This document shows, piece by piece, positions 19,824-28,649 of a stretch of 38,208 nucleotides of DNA. The stretch is from IMG/VR virus record IMGVR_UViG_3300029705_000040, positions 1 through 38,208 of that record; one strand, written 5' to 3'. The DNA comes from a virus (Duplodnaviria; Heunggongvirae; Uroviricota; Caudoviricetes). Under the pieces are notes generated by a model, which was not told the DNA's origin, searched no databases, and saw only the letters and a program-made list of their open reading frames with translations. The position numbers and the translations under genes were made by a program. Position 1 is the first letter of the stretch. Each line of letters opens with the position of its first letter.

Positions 19824-20450
19824 ATGTATGGTGATAAGCTTACCCCAGAAATGGGTGTTAAAGCTATGAAAGCTATTGAGAAAAAAGGAAGAAATTGCTA
19901 TCGTAGTACAGATCTTATTACAGAAGATAGTTACATAAAATTTCTAAAAATGATAATGAAACGCGGTCATTACTCAGTTATCGAGCATTGCTCAGTGTCT
20001 GCTTTTATAACTACAAATAAAGCTATTGAAACAGAAACTGTTAGACATAGACTCGCTTCATACTCAATTTCAAGCACACGTTATTGTAATTTTAGTAAAG
20101 ATAAATATGGTAATGAAATCCATGTTGTAGAACCATTTGAAGGACTCAGTGAAGACGAAGATTGGTTAGCAGCAGTAGAAGCTTCAGAAAAAGCTTATTT
20201 GAAATTGCTTGAAAAAGGATACACCACAGATAAAGTTAGAGGTGTTCTCCCACTTGATGTTAAATCAGATATTTGGATGACCACAAATTTGAAAAACTGG
20301 CGTCATTATTTTGAAATGCGTTGTACTCAATCTGCACATTTTCAGATTAGAGAAATCGCTAAAAAGCTTTTGACTCAATTCTATGAAGTATTTCCTGTTA
20401 TCTTCGAAGATCAGTATGAAAAATTTATAACCTGTGATGAGGATAAATAA
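19824..20450 (+). CDS. thyX: Flavin-dependent thymidylate synthase
   Basis: GHYSVIEH, VRHRLASYSISSTRYCNF (RHRx7SxR), RGVLP, N-LKNWRHYFEMR, AHFQIR. Confidence 0.9.
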   Translation: MYGDKLTPEMGVKAMKAIEKKGRNCYRSTDLITEDSYIKFLKMIMKRGHYSVIEHCSVSAFITTNKAIETETVRHRLASYSISSTRYCNFSKDKYGNEIHVVEPFEGLSEDEDWLAAVEASEKAYLKLLEKGYTTDKVRGVLPLDVKSDIWMTTNLKNWRHYFEMRCTQSAHFQIREIAKKLLTQFYEVFPVIFEDQYEKFITCDEDK

Positions 20451-20451
20451 T

Positions 20452-20868
20452 ATGGCTTATATAAACGATTATGATGTAGAAAAGATTTTATCTATAATAG
20501 AAGAAGCTAAAACTAGAAATTATCCAGAGCATGTGTTACGTTATGATTTAGATAATTATGTAAGTGAAATTTTACATAGATACGATGATTATGAGTATAC
20601 ACAACAAGATATTGATAATGCTAATGATGAGTCTTACGATCAAGGTAAAGAAGACGGCTATTCGGAAGGATATGATGATGGTGAGAAATCAGGTAAAGCA
20701 GAAGGGTTTCATAACTGTCTTGAACGTTTAGCCAGCTTTATTCAATATTTTAAGCTTGAGTATGGTGATAATGAGCAATTTAACTCAAAAGAAATTCGAA
20801 CCAAATTAATTGAATTGTTATGCGAGCTTGACGAAGATGCTGAAATAAACATTGAGGAATTAGAATGA
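20452..20868 (+). CDS. Hypothetical protein with GxxxG repeat helix
   Basis: YDQGKEDGYSEGYDDGEKSGKAEG; ATG 20452 after GAGGA. Confidence 0.65.
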   Translation: MAYINDYDVEKILSIIEEAKTRNYPEHVLRYDLDNYVSEILHRYDDYEYTQQDIDNANDESYDQGKEDGYSEGYDDGEKSGKAEGFHNCLERLASFIQYFKLEYGDNEQFNSKEIRTKLIELLCELDEDAEINIEELE

Positions 20869-21020
20869 GTTATTTTGTAGTAATAGAAGAAATGAGAATA
20901 GTAGAAGTTAATGCACCATCTGAGGAAGCTGCTCTAGCTCAAGTTAAAAATCAATTAGACGCTGCTAATCCCAGAAATACAGCTAAACTTTCTATAGCTA
21001 AAGAAGTGATAATTGAGTAA
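20865..21020 (+). CDS. Small hypothetical protein (51 aa, not in ORF track)
   Basis: ATGA overlap; VEVNAPSEEAALAQV. Confidence 0.6.
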   Translation: MSYFVVIEEMRIVEVNAPSEEAALAQVKNQLDAANPRNTAKLSIAKEVIIE

Positions 21021-21157
21021 TAGCTATTTTTATCTTTTATTCCTATAAATCTCTATATAAATCTTTCATAAAAATATATTTATTAACAAATATGTTAAAA
21101 TAAATTTATTAAAGAAAAAATAAAGCGAGAATAATAAAAGATCAGCTATAAAAACAG

Positions 21158-21186
21158 TTGATCTTTTTTCTTTTTTATTATATAAT
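21158..21186 (+). promoter_or_regulatory. Phage promoter AG-TTGATC-N17-TATAAT inside an inverted repeat
   Basis: AAAAGATCAGCT...AGTTGATCTTTT hairpin overlaps the -35 element. Confidence 0.85.
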
Positions 21187-21219
21187 ATATTTATAAATTT
21201 GATATGAGGTTTTTATTTT

Positions 21220-21552
21220 ATGGAAGATAAAATTGAAAAACTTAAAACAGCACTTTGTACAGCAAAAGCTGTCGCATCATTTTTTAAAGATGAGCTTGAT
21301 GATGGTACAGCTAACTTCGATCATCCGCTTTTATTTAAGCCTGATGGAATGACAAAAAAGCAAATTTTAGAAGCTTTTGAAAAAGCGCTTATCCGTTGTG
21401 AAATCGAAACCATTGGAATTTGGAAAAATTGGATACACATCTATGGTGTTGTAGATGGTCAAGGAAATCGAAGAACAACTATGGCTGAAAAATTCTCAGA
21501 AGCTTTAGAGAAGCAAGGATTTAAATCTTGCGTATATTATCAGATGGATTGA
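21220..21552 (+). CDS. Hypothetical protein
   Basis: 110 aa; GAGG RBS. Confidence 0.75.
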   Translation: MEDKIEKLKTALCTAKAVASFFKDELDDGTANFDHPLLFKPDGMTKKQILEAFEKALIRCEIETIGIWKNWIHIYGVVDGQGNRRTTMAEKFSEALEKQGFKSCVYYQMD

Positions 21553-21560
21553 GGTGAAAT

Positions 21561-21755
21561 ATGAAAAAAGTTTACATAGTGACTGTACAGCATGCTAATT
21601 ATACATGGGAAAAAGTTTCTCAAGAAGGTTATGATTCTTTGATAAAAGCTCAAAAATTTATAGAATCTAGATCTGATAAGCCTGAAAAATTTACTGATTT
21701 TAATTATAAAAGTGACTCAAATATTTATCGAATTTATGAGATTTCTGTGGTGTAA
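21561..21755 (+). CDS. Hypothetical protein
   Basis: 64 aa; GAGGTG RBS. Confidence 0.75.
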   Translation: MKKVYIVTVQHANYTWEKVSQEGYDSLIKAQKFIESRSDKPEKFTDFNYKSDSNIYRIYEISVV

Positions 21756-21759
21756 ATAG

Positions 21760-21788
21760 TTGATCTTTTTCTTGAAATATATTATAAT
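21760..21788 (+). promoter_or_regulatory. Phage promoter AG-TTGATC-N17-TATAAT
   Basis: Exact 17-nt spacer. Confidence 0.85.
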
Positions 21789-21820
21789 ATAAGTGTAAAT
21801 AAAAGAAAGAGGTGTTAAAT

Positions 21821-22285
21821 ATGAAACTTGAAACATTACTTGAAAAGCTTGATTCTTATAAAGCTGGATCTTTCATCAATCTCGCATGGGAAAGGGAAGT
21901 TTCTAGCGCAAAAGCTAAAAAAGCCGGTATAAAGATAAGCAAGAAATCTGCTGGTCTTATTCGTACCGATGTTAATTACTCTGCTCTCGCAGCTGTTCAA
22001 GGTATTGAGCGTGGCGAAAAAGAATCATGGTTTGAGCATTATAGAAAAGGTCTTTTGCAATCTAAAAAAGATTCTTCTAAAAAATATTTGCAAGCGTTTC
22101 CGGTTCCTGGTAAGAAAATCTCTTCTATTATGGTAGTAGATACTGGATCTGAAGTGTATGAATGTGATGCTGAAAAGCTTTATGCTGATGGTCTTATCAC
22201 TAAAGCTGCTTTAGGAAGCAAGACTGGAACTGATACTTTTATCGTTAGCGTAGAAAATATTACATCTTTTGGAGGTAACGAGTAA
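21821..22285 (+). CDS. Hypothetical protein
   Basis: ATG 21821 after GAGGTG, in frame with ORF 21812. Confidence 0.75.
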   Translation: MKLETLLEKLDSYKAGSFINLAWEREVSSAKAKKAGIKISKKSAGLIRTDVNYSALAAVQGIERGEKESWFEHYRKGLLQSKKDSSKKYLQAFPVPGKKISSIMVVDTGSEVYECDAEKLYADGLITKAALGSKTGTDTFIVSVENITSFGGNE

Positions 22286-22479
22286 TGAAAGTTAAACAAA
22301 TCACTGGTCTTATTGATTATCCTGATGATGTGCAGGTGACGCTTTATGATTACACTAAATCAGATGTAGTGTATGTAGGTTTGGAAGAAAATATTCCAGA
22401 ATATTATTTAGATGAAGAAATTCTCGGAATTGAGATTCCTAGCAAAAATGAAATCATGTTAAATATTAAAACAAAATAA
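22285..22479 (+). CDS. Hypothetical protein
   Basis: 64 aa; TAATG coupling. Confidence 0.7.
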   Translation: MKVKQITGLIDYPDDVQVTLYDYTKSDVVYVGLEENIPEYYLDEEILGIEIPSKNEIMLNIKTK

Positions 22480-22504
22480 ATTAAAATATTGAGAGGTATA
22501 TATT

Positions 22505-22903
22505 ATGTCAAATCGAACTGTTGTTGTTGCTCCTTATGCTGTTTCTGGTGGCGCTTTTGGCTTTACGCCGGTGTTGAAGAAAAAGAAGCCTAATTTTGGT
22601 GGTATGTTCATTATTAATGGTAAGCAAGTTTATATCACCAAAGTTATCTACAATGATCCAGCTACTGTTGTATTCTGGTCTGATGGAAAGAAAACCACTG
22701 CTAAATGCGATAAAGCAGATACATATAACAAAGAAGTTGGTCTTATGCTTTGTGTTATGAAGCGCATGGTTGGCGGTGAGCAAGTCTCTATGCTTTTCAA
22801 AGATTGGGTAACCGAAGATAAAGTTATCGATCTCAAGAAAGTGCGCGAAAATCAAAAAGTAAAGGTAGAAGCGAAAGAAGAAGTTAAAGAGCAAAACGCA
22901 TGA
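22505..22903 (+). CDS. Conserved phage protein (VIYNDPATVVFWSDG motif)
   Basis: Motif typical of a widespread uncharacterised phage family. Confidence 0.75.
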   Translation: MSNRTVVVAPYAVSGGAFGFTPVLKKKKPNFGGMFIINGKQVYITKVIYNDPATVVFWSDGKKTTAKCDKADTYNKEVGLMLCVMKRMVGGEQVSMLFKDWVTEDKVIDLKKVRENQKVKVEAKEEVKEQNA

Positions 22904-23154
22904 AAGTAACAGAAGTAAAAACATATACTTGCGAATACTGTGGTTTAACATTAGTTAATGAGGAAATGATGGCTTTTCACGAAGAAATTTGCCCTGAAAA
23001 TCCTCAGAACCAACCTTGCAGTAAATGCCGTAGATGTGAAATTAATGGTTTTACTGGTGATGCTAAATGCTCTAAAAATATGGATATGGAAGGAATTGGC
23101 GGTAAAGTCTTATGCTTCTTCTACCAAAAAGGACAACCAGAAATACATATTTAA
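22900..23154 (+). CDS. Zinc-finger protein
   Basis: CEYC...HEEIC and CSKC...C. Confidence 0.7.
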   Translation: MKVTEVKTYTCEYCGLTLVNEEMMAFHEEICPENPQNQPCSKCRRCEINGFTGDAKCSKNMDMEGIGGKVLCFFYQKGQPEIHI

Positions 23155-23166
23155 TAGAATAAAAAT

Positions 23167-23201
23167 AAGAGCAGTATAGCGTAAAATAGTATACTGCTCT
23201 T
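23167..23201 (+). terminator. Intrinsic terminator
   Basis: AAGAGCAGTATA-11 nt-TATACTGCTCTT followed by TT. Confidence 0.85.
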
Positions 23202-23221
23202 TTCTTTGAGGAAAAACTCTT

Positions 23222-23665
23222 ATGGAACAAATAAGTTCAAGAAAACCTGTAGCTAGAAAAGAATATTGCTGTGATTATTGTAGAGATAAAATTAAAAAGG
23301 GACAGCGTTATTATAGAAGCTTTTGGAAAGATGATGTAGCTTATGAGTGGATAGCTCATCTAGAATGTCAATTTATAGTTAATGAGCTCTGGGATTATTA
23401 TGATCCAGATTATGGTGTTGACTCAGAAAATTTTGGAGAAATGTGTCATGATTTCTGTCAGAATTTTATTTGCCCTGCTTGCGAATATTGGGATAAAGCG
23501 TATGACGAATGCAGCGAAGATAAATGCTACATAGAATGTTTTGATAAAATTGTAGAAACATTAAAAAAGAAATACATAAAGTATATACCAAAGCAACCTG
23601 GCGACTGGTTTGGACAATATATTTTAGTAGATAGAGAGAAGGTGATTGAAAATGTCTAGATATGA
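23222..23665 (+). CDS. Cys-rich zinc-binding protein (ARKEYCCDYC)
   Basis: The only clear + strand gene whose standard-code stop is TAG (23657-59) without a long read-through; TGA follows two codons later at 23663-65. Confidence 0.7.
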
Positions 23666-23879
23666 TAATAATAACAATTCTGGATTAGGATTACTAGATG
23701 TTGCTGAAATAGCTTGCTTTATAGTTTTCTTAGTCTTTAAATTGGTCGGTTTAATTGATTGGTCATGGTGGTGGGTAACGGCACCGCTTTGGGGTGGATT
23801 CCTGCTTAATCTATTTATTATTTTAATAGTGTTTATTGTAATGTGGATTTACATAAAGTGGGATGGAAGACATTATTAA
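23646..23879 (+). CDS. Small two-TM membrane protein
   Basis: FLVFKLVGLIDWSWWWVTAPLWGG motif. Confidence 0.75.
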   Translation: MKMSRYDNNNNSGLGLLDVAEIACFIVFLVFKLVGLIDWSWWWVTAPLWGGFLLNLFIILIVFIVMWIYIKWDGRHY

Positions 23880-23884
23880 ATTAG

Positions 23885-23913
23885 TTGATTTCTTAATTAA
23901 AAGATTATATAAT
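23885..23913 (+). promoter_or_regulatory. Phage promoter AG-TTGATT-N17-TATAAT
   Basis: Exact 17-nt spacer. Confidence 0.85.
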
Positions 23914-23948
23914 ATAAATATAAAATTTATTAAAGGTAACTTTTTATA

Positions 23949-24248
23949 ATGAAAAAATTAGTAATCACTTTGTTAGCATTTTTAACGATTTTTAGTTTTA
24001 CAGCTTGCAATAGCAATAATAAAGATTATGAGGAATATCAACCAACGCAAGGTTCAATGTTTGCCTGCATTGAGTCTTACGAAGATCCTTATTTAGGTGC
24101 AGTAACAATTCTCGTAGATAGAGAAACCAGAATTATGTATATGCATTATTGGGAAAATGCCAGTACGGATTATGGAGTTAGTGGCATTACCGTTTTATAT
24201 GATTCAGATGGCAAACCTAAAAAATATAATGGAGTGATTACAGAGTAA
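23949..24248 (+). CDS. Lipoprotein (DUF6440-like)
   Basis: MKK signal peptide, lipobox FTAC, LVDRETRIMY...GITVLYDSDGKP. Confidence 0.75.
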   Translation: MKKLVITLLAFLTIFSFTACNSNNKDYEEYQPTQGSMFACIESYEDPYLGAVTILVDRETRIMYMHYWENASTDYGVSGITVLYDSDGKPKKYNGVITE

Positions 24249-24940
24249 TGTTAAAAGTTTATTGTGATGGTGCATGTAGTGGTAATCCTGGTCCTGGTGG
24301 TTGGGCATTTGTAATTCCTAAATTCGATATTGAGATATCAGATTATGAAGAGCAAACAACAAATAATAGAATGGAAATTACTGCAGTAATGAAGGCTCTC
24401 GAATATTTATTGGAACATTTTTTCAATGAAGATAATATAGAGATAATTACTGATAGTCAATATGTTATTAATACAATGACTAAAGGGTGGCAAAAGAAAA
24501 AGAATACAGATTTATGGGATAGATTAGATAATGCTGTAGGAAAATTTAATTCTGTAACCTGGACATGGGTTAAAGGCCATGCAGATAACAAGCACAATCA
24601 ACGATGTGATGAACTTGCTGTTGCAGAATACAGGGCGTATCAAGAGAGTAAACGAACAATTAAAGAACTTGAAGAAGAAAGGGAATTAAAATGGTATGGT
24701 AAACAAATTCCATTAACCTCAACTCAAAAAATAGTTGTAGAATTTGCTCCACTTGAACAATACGATGTAGGTAAAAATCATTTTGTTAATATTCTAAAAT
24801 GCACAGCGATTGATGCTGTTTATGCAGCAGAAGCCGATAATAATGAGCTTTTATGTATTGGATCTTACTCAGAATGCCGGCAAGTATTACAAAATTACAA
24901 AAGTTTAGTAGAAGATGATTTTCGGAGGATTCCTTTTTAA
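24248..24940 (+). CDS. rnhA: Ribonuclease HI with C-terminal extension
   Basis: YCDGACSGNPGPGGW, TTNNRMEITA, TDSQY, WVKGHA, NQRCDELA. Confidence 0.92.
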   Translation: MLKVYCDGACSGNPGPGGWAFVIPKFDIEISDYEEQTTNNRMEITAVMKALEYLLEHFFNEDNIEIITDSQYVINTMTKGWQKKKNTDLWDRLDNAVGKFNSVTWTWVKGHADNKHNQRCDELAVAEYRAYQESKRTIKELEEERELKWYGKQIPLTSTQKIVVEFAPLEQYDVGKNHFVNILKCTAIDAVYAAEADNNELLCIGSYSECRQVLQNYKSLVEDDFRRIPF

Positions 24941-24942
24941 TT

Positions 24943-25383
24943 ATGATTCTTAATATTTTATTATCAGCTTTATTAGCTGCCACGCTCTTCCTAATGTCTA
25001 TGGGAATTATCTATCACGTGATACACCCGAATTATGAAGATTATCTAGAAGAAGAAACAAAAGCTGATAAAAAAGCTGACATATCTCTTATAGTAAATAT
25101 TATTCTTTTCATTGGCTTTATTTTTGCTGGAATTGGTATAAGTGATAATGGTGATAAAAAATTTGTTGCAGAATATCAAGCTCAAAAATATACTATCGAA
25201 TCTAGCCTTGAAAATGCTGATTTAACAGGTCTTGAAAGAATTGAGTTAGTAAAACTAGCCACAGAGTTAAATAAAGATTTAGCAGCTAGAAAATATAATT
25301 TCAACAAATGGTATAATGTGCATTATGATAATTCTATTTATGACAATATAGAATTTATTAATTTGGGAGGTACGCAAGAATGA
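24943..25383 (+). CDS. Two-TM membrane protein
   Basis: Two hydrophobic helices and a soluble C-terminus. Confidence 0.7.
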   Translation: MILNILLSALLAATLFLMSMGIIYHVIHPNYEDYLEEETKADKKADISLIVNIILFIGFIFAGIGISDNGDKKFVAEYQAQKYTIESSLENADLTGLERIELVKLATELNKDLAARKYNFNKWYNVHYDNSIYDNIEFINLGGTQE

Positions 25384-25814
25384 ACATCATTACCTGGGAA
25401 TGGTTTATGATAATCGGCTTAATTGTAGGTTGGTCAGGTTTTTTGATTGGTAAAATTATTTATGATAACAGTTACTCTTTAGAAACTTTAGGGACAGTTA
25501 TGGCTGTTATTTCAAGCGTAATTCTTCTTTTGTCTGTTATTCTTATGATTCCATTGACATTAGCTCAAAGTAAAGTTGAAAAAGAATATAGCAGGTATAT
25601 GGAAATTAAAACAGAATATTACGAAGCAAGAATAAATTATTTAGAAAATCCCGATGATGATTTTGCTAAAATTGCTTTAGATCTTGCTGAGCAAAAAGTC
25701 GAGTTTCAATGGAATGCTTGGTATGATACATATAAAGACGACTTAAATAATGAGTGGCACCTTTGGGGAACCAGCAGCTACGCTAAAAAGATGGATTATA
25801 TTGAGGTTAAATAA
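25380..25814 (+). CDS. Two-TM membrane protein
   Basis: Same topology as its neighbour. Confidence 0.7.
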   Translation: MNIITWEWFMIIGLIVGWSGFLIGKIIYDNSYSLETLGTVMAVISSVILLLSVILMIPLTLAQSKVEKEYSRYMEIKTEYYEARINYLENPDDDFAKIALDLAEQKVEFQWNAWYDTYKDDLNNEWHLWGTSSYAKKMDYIEVK

Positions 25815-25817
25815 ATT

Positions 25818-26201
25818 ATGTTACCTGGCGTTATAATATTAGATTCTTATCAGTATGTAAGCGAATATAGTGCATTTAAAACAGGTCCGTTTTTGTTAAC
25901 CTGCTTAGCTATATTCTTAGGTTGGATTATTCTAATTTTCGCCATATTAATCGGTTTGGATGGCAACTTTTCTAGTCTAAAAGATTCTTTTGTTTGGTTT
26001 TTTACTTTATTTGCTTCTTTTTTAATGACAATATTTATGGGAGCTCTGGTTAGTCTATGTTTTCAAGGCGATCCTATTGAGTATACCACTGTTTATAAGG
26101 TAACTACAATGGATACTGTAAATGTGAATGATTTTACTGATATGTATGAGATAATCGAAGTAGAAGGTAAAATCTATACTGTAAAGATAAGAGAAAAATA
26201 A
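25818..26201 (+). CDS. Two-TM membrane protein (paralog family with 10502 and 26209)
   Basis: C-terminal YKVTT...YEIIEVEGKIYTVKIRE. Confidence 0.7.
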   Translation: MLPGVIILDSYQYVSEYSAFKTGPFLLTCLAIFLGWIILIFAILIGLDGNFSSLKDSFVWFFTLFASFLMTIFMGALVSLCFQGDPIEYTTVYKVTTMDTVNVNDFTDMYEIIEVEGKIYTVKIREK

Positions 26202-26208
26202 ACAGGAA

Positions 26209-26604
26209 GTGTTGATAATGGAAGGTGTTATTGAGATTAGTAAAGAAGCTATATATGGTTGCTGGCAATATGCTTACATATTTGGTATTATTAGCTTTTT
26301 TATCTTTAGTTGTATTTTTACTTATACCATTATAAAGAATAAGAAATCTGGTGTTATTTATGATTGCAAGAATGTACTGCTGACTATTATTCTTTATATT
26401 TTAGGAGCTATAGCTTCATGCATGGTTGTTATTTTAGCGGACTGTTTTGGTAAATTATTAGATGAGAAGAATTGCCCCGTTTTGTATTATGAGTATACTG
26501 TTAAAATTACTGATGACGTTGATTTTGGTAAATTTAAAGATACATATAAAATATTAAGAGAAACAGAAGATAATACATATATTGTTATTTTGAAGGAAAA
26601 TTGA
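26209..26604 (+). CDS. Two-TM membrane protein (paralog family with 10502 and 25818)
   Basis: C-terminal YTVKITDDV...YKILRETEDNTYIVILKE. Confidence 0.7.
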   Translation: MLIMEGVIEISKEAIYGCWQYAYIFGIISFFIFSCIFTYTIIKNKKSGVIYDCKNVLLTIILYILGAIASCMVVILADCFGKLLDEKNCPVLYYEYTVKITDDVDFGKFKDTYKILRETEDNTYIVILKEN

Positions 26605-26607
26605 TCT

Positions 26608-27111
26608 ATGTTTAGTGTTAGAAAAAATACGTTTGAAACAAATAGCTCTAGTACGCATTGCTTATGTTATGAAAAATCTGTAGAGCTCAAATCTGAAGAT
26701 CTAGAAAAATTAAAAGAAGCTTATATAATTAAACCATATACGCAAGAAGAAATAGATGATGTTATGGAAATTACATCTATAAAAGATAAGTTAAGATATT
26801 TCTACACTTTGTACATACAGGCTAATCATACTAGCAATAAATTTATGAGAAAGCTAAAAAATATTGTACCAAATGTTATTTTTAGTGAAGAATTTCCAGA
26901 TGAGACTTATATTCTTGAAGATGGGGACAGCTTTATGGAAGGTGGTTACTTTGCTACAGCAGAATATGAGATATTAACAGATGACTTGCTCACTAAACTT
27001 TTATTATATGGAAAAATCTATTTTGGTGATAGAGATAGAGAATCTTATTCGGATAAAGTATATGGCATCGAGCATAGTGATGCTTATTTTTCCATGGTTT
27101 GGAGCGGTTAA
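26608..27111 (+). CDS. Phage protein of the FETNSSS family
   Basis: MFSVRKNTFETNSSSTHCLC. Confidence 0.75.
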   Translation: MFSVRKNTFETNSSSTHCLCYEKSVELKSEDLEKLKEAYIIKPYTQEEIDDVMEITSIKDKLRYFYTLYIQANHTSNKFMRKLKNIVPNVIFSEEFPDETYILEDGDSFMEGGYFATAEYEILTDDLLTKLLLYGKIYFGDRDRESYSDKVYGIEHSDAYFSMVWSG

Positions 27112-27230
27112 TTTATTTATTTTATAAAATTACAGACTTAAATTATAAATTATATCAGCAAAACAATAAAAAATCAAAAACAGATAACTGTATATAATAG
27201 AGAAGATAATCAAATCTTCTCTATTTTTAT

Positions 27231-27321
27231 TGCCCCTTAGGTTAATGGTAAACCGCCGGTCTCTAAAACCGTTATACTCTCTGAAAGGGTAATCTGGGTT
27301 CGAATCCCAGAGGGGTAGCCA
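27231..27321 (+). tRNA. Amber suppressor tRNA (anticodon CUA) with long variable arm
   Basis: Acceptor TGCCCCT/AGGGGTA, G73, CCA; D stem GGTT/AACC; loop CT-CTA-AA (27263-65); ~20-nt variable hairpin; T arm CTGGG-TTCGAAT-CCCAG. Confidence 0.88.
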
Positions 27322-27325
27322 ATAC

Positions 27326-27403
27326 TGGGGATTAGCATAACGGCTATTGTGCGGCGGACTCTAAATCCGTTTTGAGCTGGGTCGGCACCAGCATCCCCCG
27401 CCA
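27326..27403 (+). tRNA. Amber suppressor tRNA (anticodon CUA), tRNA-Gln-derived
   Basis: Acceptor TGGGGAT/ATCCCCC, G73, CCA; anticodon arm GCGGA-CT CTA AA-TCCGT (27361-63), close to Firmicute tRNA-Gln ACGGA-CT TTG AC-TCCGT; atypical T loop GTCGGCA. Confidence 0.88.
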
Positions 27404-27438
27404 ACTTAAAAATAATTAACTTTCCGGAGGCTCTTATT

Positions 27439-27906
27439 TTGAAACTATTTAGAAATTTCAAACTTTGTAGAGAAACTAGAAAAGAAATAAAGCAAGCAGA
27501 AAAAGAAAAGAAAAGATGTGCAAAAAAATATTCTGATTGGAAAGATGATGAGTATAACTGCGGTCCACTTAAATTTATTTGGGGATTAAAATCTTACGAT
27601 GACCTATCTTCTTGCGATGTTAATTTTTATTCTATGAACGATATAGATGTATATTTCAATAGGGATACTCAAAAATATATTTTAGGTATTGAAACTATCT
27701 TTAAGTTTGAAAGTCAAGATCATAGAATAAAATATCTAGAAAGATTATTAAAAGCATTTAAAGAATATATGAGTGGTAAATTTGATAGTACTTTTGACCC
27801 ACACAACTTATATTTATATAATGATGGTAATTTTTTTCAAGCAAGTAGTTTGACAGAGCTTTATTATAAATTTGAAATATTTGTGACTGGTTATAGTCAA
27901 CTTTAA
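27439..27906 (+). CDS. Hypothetical protein
   Basis: 155 aa; TTG start after GGAGG. Confidence 0.7.
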   Translation: MKLFRNFKLCRETRKEIKQAEKEKKRCAKKYSDWKDDEYNCGPLKFIWGLKSYDDLSSCDVNFYSMNDIDVYFNRDTQKYILGIETIFKFESQDHRIKYLERLLKAFKEYMSGKFDSTFDPHNLYLYNDGNFFQASSLTELYYKFEIFVTGYSQL

Positions 27907-28008
27907 TTCTTTAGAGGTAAGCTTATTAAATTTAATCTTTAAGTTAGATTTAGTACAAAAGCTATGCTAAATTAAATAGATAATCTTTAATATGCTTAAA
28001 ATATTTAT

Positions 28009-28380
28009 ATGAGAACATTTGAGTATTTTTTCACTAGACAAGCAGTTGGAGAGTTAGAAGTAGAAGATATGGGTAATTGCTGTATCGAAGCCACTAACGA
28101 TCAAGGTATGCTTTATTATTTAGTAACTGATACGAAATTAGGCTAGACTAGAATTTTTGAGTATGGTCCAGCTATACCTGATTTTGATGAGTTACCAAAA
28201 AGTGTTTATTGCGCTTTTTCTAGAATAGAATATGATGAGCGTAAACTTACAAAAAAGATTTCAGAATTTCTTAATAGTCCTACTCGAGAGATTACGCAAG
28301 CTTTCGAAGTTGATAGAGATATTTGTTTCTCTAATTGTAAATGTATAAATGACTATATGGAAAATAAAGAAAACTTTTAA
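28009..28380 (+). CDS. Hypothetical protein, 123 aa with TAG 28144-46 read through (not in ORF track)
   Basis: MRTFEYFFTRQ...KLG[TAG]TRIFEYG...KENF, TAA 28378-80. Confidence 0.75.
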
Positions 28381-28394
28381 GGGTTATAAATTAT

Positions 28395-28598
28395 ATGGCT
28401 AAACAGTATATTAAAGATTTTTACGGTCGAGTAATAGGATCTTTGGAAGAATTATCAAACGGAGATATTATTGCTAAAGACTTTCATGGTAGAGTAAAAG
28501 GTAAATACAGAAAATCAGATAACACAACTAGAGATTTTCATGGTAGAGTTGTTGCTAAAGGAAATCAAGTTGGAATGTTAATAACATCTGATAGATAA
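28395..28598 (+). CDS. Small protein with three (K/R)DF(Y/H)GRV repeats
   Basis: KDFYGRV, KDFHGRV, RDFHGRV. Confidence 0.8.
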   Translation: MAKQYIKDFYGRVIGSLEELSNGDIIAKDFHGRVKGKYRKSDNTTRDFHGRVVAKGNQVGMLITSDR

Positions 28599-28649
28599 AA
28601 TCAGGGGAGAATCTATTAGCTACCCCGTTAATGAGGAATTTATAAAGAC

